Origin: a virus
Lineage: Duplodnaviria > Caudoviricetes
DNA length: 50,917 nt
Virus record (IMG/VR): IMGVR_UViG_3300007555_000007
Coordinates: 1 to 50,917 of that record
Direction: 5' to 3' (one strand)
This document shows positions 43,329 through 50,917 of the stretch, piece after piece. Under the pieces are notes generated by a model. The model ran no database searches, had not been told where the DNA came from, and saw only the letters and a program-made list of their open reading frames with translations. Both the position numbers and the translations under genes were made by a program. Position 1 is the first letter of the stretch, and each line of letters begins with the position of its first letter.

Positions 43329-46300
43329 ATGGCGGATATTCAAAAGAATTTTGTTGCCGGTAAGATGAACAAAAGTGTCGATGAGAGACTTGTTCCTAAC
43401 GGTCAGTATGTAGATGCATTAAATGTAAGATTAGGTTCTACTGAAGCTTCTGAAATTGGTTCTGTAGAGAATGCATTAGGAAACACTTCTTTGACTATGC
43501 TTAATTTTAATGGCATAAATCTAAGTAGTAGTGCAACTTGTATAGGTAGTTTACACGATAGCCAAAAAGATACTATCTATTGGTTTGTGCATGACAGCTC
43601 ATTTTCAGCTTCAGCTACAGGTAAAATAGATATGATACTATCATACAATACTAATTCAGATATCTTAGCATATCATGTAATTAGTTCTGATGATGGTTCA
43701 GGTCAAAACACTACATTAAATTTTGACCCTAAACATCTTATTACAGGTGTAAACAAAATTGATGACTTGTTGTTTTTCACAGACAACTTAAATCCTCCAA
43801 GGGTTATTAATACAATGAATAACTATGAGAACCCTGCCAACTATATGGATAGGTTTTCTTCTGAGGATATTTTAGTTATTAAAAAACCTCCATTTACAGC
43901 ACCTACATTAGCTATGACTAATGTAAATAATAACTCTGACTTCTTAACTGAAAGATTTATTTCTTTTGCTTATAGGTATTTATATGAAAGCGGAGAATAT
44001 AGTGCGACTTCACCTTGGAGTGAAATAGCTTTTAACCCTAAAGCTTATAAACCTTCTATAAAAAGTGGTGTAAACGATGGTATGGTTAATCAGTATAATG
44101 CTGTAGACGTAACATTTAATACGGGAGGAGAATTGGTTATAGGTGTTGACCTTTTGTTTAAAGAGGCTGAAAGCAATGTTATTAAAGTTATTGAAAAAAT
44201 AAACAAATATAACTTAGGTTATTCAGACAATACAAAATATTCTTTTACTTTTAGTAATAGTAAAATATTTACGGTTCTACCTGAATCAGAATTATTAAGG
44301 CTATACGATAACGTTCCTCACAAAGCTAAAGCTCAAACATTAATGGGTAATAGATTAATTTATGGGAACTATGTAGATGGATATGATTTAAAAGACTCTA
44401 ATGGTGAGGCTCTTGATTTAAGATACAATTTGTCTTTAAACTCTGTAGATGCAACTGATTTAGATTTACTTGTTACTAAATCACAAACCTCTTATACTGT
44501 TGGAAATTATAGTACAGTAATTCAAGATTCTGCTATTCGAATTAGCTTACCAACAAATATATTTCCTACAGAAGTGGGGGCAGAAATTTCTTTTGAATAT
44601 GTTTTAGAGCATGATTCTTTTCATGCAGTTGGTGCAGCAGTACCTCCTACTGAAATCTCACAAGACATTGTGGTGTCTCTCATATTTCCTATTAATAAAG
44701 TATACAATAATATAAATGAATTAGTTACATCAGATGAATTTGTAAATGTAATTGGTGTAACAGGAGGTAATATATTAAGTGTTCAAGATTCTTGTAATGG
44801 ATTTACTTTTACAGATACAGTAAATTGTGGTATTCCAACAGCACTTGGAGACTATGAAAAGAAAAGAAGTGGAATAACAGCACTTGACCAAGCTATAGAA
44901 ATTACTTTATCAGGAAATTTTTTAAAGCTATCTAATATTGCTATGGAGTTTGAAAACAGCTCAGGGGATATTATTTTTGAATACTATAAAATATTAGGTG
45001 TTCCAACTGCTAGTTATAATTCAGTTGGTAATCCTAAAAGTTTACATAGCGATAGAAGCTATGAGGTTTCAATGATATATGTTGATGAGTATAGTAGAGC
45101 TACAACAGCATTGGTTAGTAATACAAATACTATTAGTACCCCTCCTGCATCTTCCGTTACTCAAAACAAAATACAAGTTAATATACCAACTTCTCAAAAA
45201 CCTCCTTATTGGGCTAAAGGTTATAAATTCGCAATTAAATCTGATGGTGGTTCTTATAAAACTATATTTAGTAATATTGCTTATTTAGACCCTATAACTA
45301 ATGACACATACTTTTTGCTTGAAGGAGAAAACTCAGCCAAAGTAGAAGAAGGTGACGTTCTTATTGTAAAGACAGATGTTAATGGAGCAAGAACAAATAA
45401 AACATTAACTACTGTTTTAGAAAAAAAAGCACAAGAGGCTGATTTTATTGAGCCTATAAATCCTGCGGGTGGAGACCCTCTTGAAGTTCCTTCAGGTGTA
45501 TACATAAAACTTAACGCTACGAGCTTTTCAACTGCAAATATTTCTAATGCAGTAATAGCTCCCGGAGAAATATCAAACACAAGACAATCAAGAAATTTTC
45601 CTTGGATAACTTATCCAATGAATAAACAAGATTCTGCAGGAAATTGGGTAGATTATACTGTTCCTGAAAATAGTAGAATAAGTTTTTATTTTAAAGGATA
45701 TAGAAGAGGTTACAAAAATAGATGTTCTTCTAGTTGTGAAAGAGCAATATATACTGTTGATTTAGATTTAGTTTCTAGTAGAACATATAGTAATATGTAT
45801 GATTTTTTTATTGGAGACAATATAGCTGAATTACTAAATCAAGGAGAGGGTGAGTGTGATACTAATTACACTACAGAACTTCTTGGTGCAAACAGTTCTA
45901 CCCCTAAATTAGTTACTTCATTTGTACCACCTGTTCCACAAACAACAAATTATGCATTTGAGTTTCAGCGAAACAGCAGTACAAATGAAATGGTTCTTTC
46001 AATAAGAAGTAGCTACAAAGGTTGTGGTAGTGGAAGTGCAAGTTCAAATGTAACTGCTAACGTTACAGTATATAGAGCTGACTCTACTTTTATTTTTGAA
46101 ACTCAGCCTGATGAAACTTCTCCTGATATTTTCTTTGAGTCTCCTACCACATATTCTATTGTAAATGGATTCCATCAAGGAAATGTAGCCAACCAAACAA
46201 TAGCTCAGATGGGTATTGTAGAAACTGATTTCTTTAACTGTTTTAGTTTTGGAAATGGTTCAGAGAGTTACAAAATAAAAGACTCTATAAAAGGAAAGGC

Positions 46301-48986
46301 TTTTGGGTTTGGAGAAAGAGTAACTGCTGTTGCTTCACAAGATTATAAAGAAGCAAAAAGAAAAGCTGATTTAACTTATAGTGGGGTATATAATAATGAG
46401 AATAATGTAAACAAGCTAAATGAATTTAACTTAGGATTAGTAAATTACAAATCTTTAGAAGAATCATTTGGTTCAATACAAAAATTATATTCTAGAAGCA
46501 CAGATATACTTACTCTTCAAGAAGATAAAATATCTTATGTACTTGCGGGTAAAAATTTATTATCTGATGCCGCAGCAGGTGGAGCTATTACATCTATACC
46601 TGAAGTATTAGGTACTCAGATAGCAAGATTAGAAGATTATGGTATAAGTGAAAACCCTGAAAGTTTTGCTCAATTTGGTTTTAATAAATATTTTACTGAC
46701 CAAAAACGTGGAGCAGTACTTCAGTTAAAAGGAGGCTCATATCAAAATGAACAGCTATCTGTTATATCTACATCAGGTATGAGAAGCTACTTTAGAGATT
46801 TGTTTACATCTAATATAAACACTCAAAAGCTAGGAGGGTACGACCCTTATCACGATGAATACATATTAACAGTTACGGATAAAAATTTACCTGTGGATTC
46901 ACAATGTGTTTCTTGTGGTATTACAATTGGTTATGATTTTTCTATAGATTCTAATCAAAAATTATTTTGTGTAGAGCTTGGTTCTGATGTAGGAACATCT
47001 ACAATTGATTATGTAATTTCAGGAGGTTCATATAATATTACTGTAAATTTTGATGGACAAGAAACCTCTTCAGGAACTGTTACTCAAAATGGCTCGTTTA
47101 CTTTTACTAAACAAAACCCATTAAGAACAACAGCTAGTTTAACTATTACAGGTCAATCTTCTGCAGGTGAAACAATTCAACTTACAACAAATTGTGTTTC
47201 TTCTGAACCTTTAACTATTGTTCAATTAGCCCTAACAGCTAACTATGATGCAGAAGAAAGTATTCATTATGGCTATGATTATTCTTTTAACGGGTACACT
47301 TCTCCAAGGCAACAGTTTAGAGTTGAAATGCAAGAAGGAACTACTCCTATTGTAAGCGAGTATTTTGCTACATCCGGTAATAAAGGTCAAGCTAATATTC
47401 CTACAAATGGAAGTACGGTTACTATGTATGTAACAAAACAAAATGGTGATACGTTTGATTGGGAAGAAGCAAATGATGAGCTTAGGTTTTACACAAGCAA
47501 TACTCTTTATTCTAATAATTCAAGTGATATAAACTCATTGGTTTCACTATCAAATGAGGCAACATATTTTGTTTCTAAACAAATAGAAATTAGTGTTGCA
47601 ACAAATTATGGGGAGTCGGGAGACCAAGCTAATTGTTGTGGTGAAATATCTACTACAACTTATTACATTCCTTATAATAAAAGTTTTATAGATGCTACTA
47701 CATTATATACTGATGCAGCTTTAACAATACCGGCTGCAATATCAATAGGTTATGGTTTACATAACTCTAACTTTCCTACTATACAAAGAAGAAGTGCAGG
47801 TAGCGGTAATATATTTGCAGGATATTCTGCTTGCCCAAATTGCGAAGGAGCGGGAGAGCAAGATATTCCTTTAGAAATTTTTATTCCTACTGTATATGCG
47901 GCTACATTTACAATGCCAAATACATCAGATGCATATCTATATTTAATTTATAGAACAAATCTTGCTACTAGTAAATTATTATGTTACGACTCAACAGATA
48001 TATATGATGCTTGTTGTGATTGTATTAGTAGTGTATGGAAGTCTGTTGAATTAAAGACATCAGCTTTAGAAGACGATGCTTGTTGTGGTGTTTCTACTAC
48101 AGGTGTTTATTACTTTGCTTTTTCAGAGACAAGTTGGACAACAGCTACTATTCTTTATACTGATACAGATTTAACAATACCTGCTCCTAATGCTTATTAT
48201 GTAGAAGGAGATGGAACAGGTATTCAGCCTTTTAGACAAATATCAGATGGAAATGGAACTTTAGGAACATTATCTAATTGTGATGCGTGTGTTGATTTAT
48301 TAACTTTAGGTTATGATGCAAATGATGCAGATGGAGTTTGTTGTGAAGTGCCTACCTCTTCTCAGGTTTATGTTGCTCAAGGAGAAATATTTAGTACCGC
48401 TACAGATATTTATAGCGATAGTAATTTAACTTTAAAAGCAGCAGATGGTTTTTATGCAGCAGGAAAAGTATTGACATCAGTAGTGCTAGATACCAATACA
48501 AATGCAACTAGTTTATGTTGTTTTTCAGGAGGACCGGGAACTACTTATTATATGTCTAGTCAGAACTTTGACCAAGTAGTAACTTTTAATACAGCTCATT
48601 CACTATGGTTAGATGCCGCAGGAACAGTAGCAGCACCCGCAGGATACTATATAGTTGATGCTACAGGAACTGATACTAGACAAATACTTAATAACAACTC
48701 AGGATTATTAGAATCTGTTTCAGCTTGTGCTATTTGTTCAAGAAGTGCATTTGGCTCATCTACTAATGTAGGAAGCTCTGTAGCTTGTACAACATCTCCT
48801 GAAACTTACTTTGTGTGGAAAAATGTTGGGAATACTTCAAGCACACCTGAAATAAATGATGTAGTTTATTACAATCAAACAGGTGGTAATTACCTTTCAG
48901 CAGGAAACTATTATATGAGTGCAGGAAGTAGAATTTATACGATTAATAATAACGGAGGAGTAGTTCAAATACAAAATTGTGTTTAA
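43329..48986 (+). CDS. Tail stabilization/nozzle-like protein with Cys-rich repeat C-terminus
   Basis: GKMNKSVDERLVPNGQYVDALN N-terminus, LFFTDNLNPPR.IN, LGGYDPY; CC/CxxC repeats from about 47600. Confidence 0.7.
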   Translation: MADIQKNFVAGKMNKSVDERLVPNGQYVDALNVRLGSTEASEIGSVENALGNTSLTMLNFNGINLSSSATCIGSLHDSQKDTIYWFVHDSSFSASATGKIDMILSYNTNSDILAYHVISSDDGSGQNTTLNFDPKHLITGVNKIDDLLFFTDNLNPPRVINTMNNYENPANYMDRFSSEDILVIKKPPFTAPTLAMTNVNNNSDFLTERFISFAYRYLYESGEYSATSPWSEIAFNPKAYKPSIKSGVNDGMVNQYNAVDVTFNTGGELVIGVDLLFKEAESNVIKVIEKINKYNLGYSDNTKYSFTFSNSKIFTVLPESELLRLYDNVPHKAKAQTLMGNRLIYGNYVDGYDLKDSNGEALDLRYNLSLNSVDATDLDLLVTKSQTSYTVGNYSTVIQDSAIRISLPTNIFPTEVGAEISFEYVLEHDSFHAVGAAVPPTEISQDIVVSLIFPINKVYNNINELVTSDEFVNVIGVTGGNILSVQDSCNGFTFTDTVNCGIPTALGDYEKKRSGITALDQAIEITLSGNFLKLSNIAMEFENSSGDIIFEYYKILGVPTASYNSVGNPKSLHSDRSYEVSMIYVDEYSRATTALVSNTNTISTPPASSVTQNKIQVNIPTSQKPPYWAKGYKFAIKSDGGSYKTIFSNIAYLDPITNDTYFLLEGENSAKVEEGDVLIVKTDVNGARTNKTLTTVLEKKAQEADFIEPINPAGGDPLEVPSGVYIKLNATSFSTANISNAVIAPGEISNTRQSRNFPWITYPMNKQDSAGNWVDYTVPENSRISFYFKGYRRGYKNRCSSSCERAIYTVDLDLVSSRTYSNMYDFFIGDNIAELLNQGEGECDTNYTTELLGANSSTPKLVTSFVPPVPQTTNYAFEFQRNSSTNEMVLSIRSSYKGCGSGSASSNVTANVTVYRADSTFIFETQPDETSPDIFFESPTTYSIVNGFHQGNVANQTIAQMGIVETDFFNCFSFGNGSESYKIKDSIKGKAFGFGERVTAVASQDYKEAKRKADLTYSGVYNNENNVNKLNEFNLGLVNYKSLEESFGSIQKLYSRSTDILTLQEDKISYVLAGKNLLSDAAAGGAITSIPEVLGTQIARLEDYGISENPESFAQFGFNKYFTDQKRGAVLQLKGGSYQNEQLSVISTSGMRSYFRDLFTSNINTQKLGGYDPYHDEYILTVTDKNLPVDSQCVSCGITIGYDFSIDSNQKLFCVELGSDVGTSTIDYVISGGSYNITVNFDGQETSSGTVTQNGSFTFTKQNPLRTTASLTITGQSSAGETIQLTTNCVSSEPLTIVQLALTANYDAEESIHYGYDYSFNGYTSPRQQFRVEMQEGTTPIVSEYFATSGNKGQANIPTNGSTVTMYVTKQNGDTFDWEEANDELRFYTSNTLYSNNSSDINSLVSLSNEATYFVSKQIEISVATNYGESGDQANCCGEISTTTYYIPYNKSFIDATTLYTDAALTIPAAISIGYGLHNSNFPTIQRRSAGSGNIFAGYSACPNCEGAGEQDIPLEIFIPTVYAATFTMPNTSDAYLYLIYRTNLATSKLLCYDSTDIYDACCDCISSVWKSVELKTSALEDDACCGVSTTGVYYFAFSETSWTTATILYTDTDLTIPAPNAYYVEGDGTGIQPFRQISDGNGTLGTLSNCDACVDLLTLGYDANDADGVCCEVPTSSQVYVAQGEIFSTATDIYSDSNLTLKAADGFYAAGKVLTSVVLDTNTNATSLCCFSGGPGTTYYMSSQNFDQVVTFNTAHSLWLDAAGTVAAPAGYYIVDATGTDTRQILNNNSGLLESVSACAICSRSAFGSSTNVGSSVACTTSPETYFVWKNVGNTSSTPEINDVVYYNQTGGNYLSAGNYYMSAGSRIYTINNNGGVVQIQNCV

Positions 48987-49001
48987 TAAAATTAATATAA
49001 A

Positions 49002-50015
49002 ATGGCAGCAGTAGAAGGTGAATATTTTTTAGATGGTAATACATTACGTAATTCAACAGCAGTTTATAGTAATATAGATTTAACTATAAAAGCTAGTGAT
49101 GGATACTATGCAGCAGATGGTATTGTTAGATACCAATCAGGAGGTGTAATAGTATCAACATCAAATTGTGGAGACTGTACAGGTAAAACTATTGAGATAA
49201 CAGGTTGTGATACTAATACATATTATGCTGTATCTACATATCCTGTTGTTGTTGGAGATGAAATAAGATTTATATCTAACTCAGCTTTGAATACAGTAGA
49301 GTGTGGTCTTGTAGCTAATGTTAGCACTTTAACACCTGCAACATCTACCGTATATGGTACTCAAGGATATGCTTGTGATTTATTTCAAGGACCTGTAAGT
49401 TCAATGACAGGAACGTATAATCAACTAGCAAGTCTGTATGGTCAAAGTACTCAGTGCCAAAAAACAGATACACAAGGCAATTTAGTTAATGTTACCATGA
49501 ATAGAACTTCTAGTGGTTGGACAACTAATGCAATTAATTGTCAGTTTGGAGCAGGAAACAATATAGCTTTAGGATGGGGATTTGAATTAACAGTAGAACC
49601 GGTTTCTGCAGACCATACTAAAATATATATTTTAAATGTATACTTTACACCTGAAGGTGGTACAGAAAATGTAGCTCCTTTGTTTACTGCTACGTCACCT
49701 GCAACAGGAAACAACATAACAACTATAACACGAAGAAGAGCAAATGGGAATCTTAATTTTACAGAAGGTTCTTTTAGAATAGAAATTGAATCCACAGAGC
49801 AAATTACATTTGATGCGAATGAAATTGTTCTTAATGGTGAAATTAGTTGGGTTGATACTAATATTACCTCAAGAGAAATTACTGTAGGTACTTTGGTTTG
49901 TAGCGGTAACCCAACAGCTTGTGCTCCATCTGCTACAGCTTGTAGTTTTTATTCACAACAATCAAATTCTCAACAAGTAATTACATCTAATCAATACTGT
50001 GGAATAACAATATGA
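49002..50015 (+). CDS. Cys-rich structural protein with one repeat unit at the N-terminus
   Basis: STAVYSNIDLT..ASDGYY...RYQ.GG.....CGDC. Confidence 0.6.
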   Translation: MAAVEGEYFLDGNTLRNSTAVYSNIDLTIKASDGYYAADGIVRYQSGGVIVSTSNCGDCTGKTIEITGCDTNTYYAVSTYPVVVGDEIRFISNSALNTVECGLVANVSTLTPATSTVYGTQGYACDLFQGPVSSMTGTYNQLASLYGQSTQCQKTDTQGNLVNVTMNRTSSGWTTNAINCQFGAGNNIALGWGFELTVEPVSADHTKIYILNVYFTPEGGTENVAPLFTATSPATGNNITTITRRRANGNLNFTEGSFRIEIESTEQITFDANEIVLNGEISWVDTNITSREITVGTLVCSGNPTACAPSATACSFYSQQSNSQQVITSNQYCGITI

Positions 50016-50371
50016 TAACACCAATAATAATATACAACGACAAGATATTAAAACGACTAAGTATTTTTATAAATATAGGAGGAATAACTATTTACCCTTT
50101 TATTATTTTAAAAGAAAAAAACAAAAAGCAAGGGGTAAATAAATTGGTTGTTCACGAGTCAATACACATAAAGCAAGCCGAAGAGTTATTGGTTTTACCG
50201 TTCTATATTTTATATGTTTTAGAGTGGTTAGTTAAATCACTAATATACAAGTCTTTTAAAAAAGGCTATTACAATATTTCTTTTGAAAGAGAAGCATATT
50301 CAAACCAATATAATAAAGAATATATTTCTAAAAGGAATAAATATCAGTGGATTAAAAGAATAATAAAGTAA
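50012..50371 (+). CDS. Small zincin-like (HExxH) protein
   Basis: VHESIHIKQ...YYNISFEREAY. Confidence 0.7.
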   Translation: MITPIIIYNDKILKRLSIFINIGGITIYPFIILKEKNKKQGVNKLVVHESIHIKQAEELLVLPFYILYVLEWLVKSLIYKSFKKGYYNISFEREAYSNQYNKEYISKRNKYQWIKRIIK

Positions 50372-50384
50372 AAAATATATTAAC

Positions 50385-50392
50385 TATCTTTG
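50385..50392 (+). promoter_or_regulatory. -7 box TATCTTTG
   Basis: Intergenic consensus match. Confidence 0.55.
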
Positions 50393-50415
50393 TAAAAAGA
50401 AAATAAAAAAATATT

Positions 50416-50917
50416 ATGGCTAACTATAGACAACAAGCAAGTGGAACTTTAGGTAATTTAACTACCTGTCCTACTTGTTACGACACATTAACCCTTCTTT
50501 ATAACAATACTAATGAAACAGTAGCTTGTTGTGACGTTGGAGGTGGAGGTACTGCACCTTATTCTGTGACAGTATACGTAGCACAAGGAGAAACGTTTGC
50601 AACAGCAACTATGTTTTATGATGACACTGCTTTAACTACTGCAGAAAGTGATGGTTATTATACTTTAAGTATTGCTCCCGGCTCAAGAAGCGTTAGAGAG
50701 CTTGCAGGCTCAGCAGGAGCTAACCCTACATTATCAACTTCTACAGCTTGTGCAACTTGTTCTGTAAGTATTACTAATATAAAAGAAAGTTCTGCAACTG
50801 TTGGAGATAACACTGCGTATGATGCTTGTTGTGTAAATGACCAACCAAGTTCTTACAAGCTTCCTTATGGTACTACATTCTTAACTGCAAATAAAATTTA
50901 TGAACTAAATGATACAA
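50416..50917 (+). CDS. Cys-rich repeat structural protein, 3'-truncated
   Basis: Hand-translated MANYRQQASGTLGNLTTCPTC...VACC...YVAQGETFATAT.FY.D..LT...DGYY; open to the window end. Confidence 0.75.
   Translation, partial: MANYRQQASGTLGNLTTCPTCYDTLTLLYNNTNETVACCDVGGGGTAPYSVTVYVAQGETFATATMFYDDTALTTAESDGYYTLSIAPGSRSVRELAGSAGANPTLSTSTACATCSVSITNIKESSATVGDNTAYDACCVNDQPSSYKLPYGTTFLTANKIYELNDT

Noticed and set aside
467-49795. Short antisense or nested ORFs in the six-frame track (e.g. 8031-8426, 13353-13733, 36601-36924)
   Set aside because: They are shadows of long, well-supported genes and carry no motifs.
43329-50917. Diversity-generating retroelement acting on the tail genes
   Set aside because: No reverse transcriptase and no near-identical TR/VR pair differing at adenines were seen; the repeats are diverged at protein level.
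1-50917. tRNA genes, integrase, or an alternative genetic code
   Set aside because: No cloverleaf or recombinase motif was recognised, and long genes read through cleanly with TAA, TAG and TGA all used as stops. tRNAscan-SE would be the decisive check for tRNAs.

Overview
The window is most of a tailed dsDNA phage genome, very likely a podovirus-type phage of Flavobacteriaceae/Bacteroidota. This rests on TAnnTTTG promoters, A-rich leaders without Shine-Dalgarno sequences, and a phage-encoded GroEL+GroES pair reminiscent of Cellulophaga phi38:1-like phages. Layout: the end of a giant polyvalent protein gene (+, 1-5.7 kb); a leftward early/replication arm (-, 5.9-25 kb: SNF2 helicase, VRR-NUC, primase-helicase, SSB, exonuclease, Sak3-type annealing protein, two DnaA-C-like HTH proteins, amidoligase, GATase-GGCT fusion, many small ORFs); a noncoding divergence region (25.0-25.8 kb); and a rightward chaperonin/lysis/packaging/structural arm (+, 25.8-50.9 kb). 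The main unannotated signal is four complete hammerhead ribozymes on the sense strand of the early arm, all intergenic (three type III, one type I), two of which bracket the GATase-GGCT gene exactly. Three of the four lie within 12 nt of a 16-bp perfect palindrome, GTGTCTTCGAAGACAC, found in 9 exact and 2 one-mismatch copies, including inside genes in three different frames. Also noted: an endolysin with no ATG/GTG/TTG start (ATT candidate), a 67-bp dispersed repeat that may mark origins, face-to-face promoters at a regulator gene, and Cys-rich virion repeats. All calls were made by eye; no database searches or folding programs were run.
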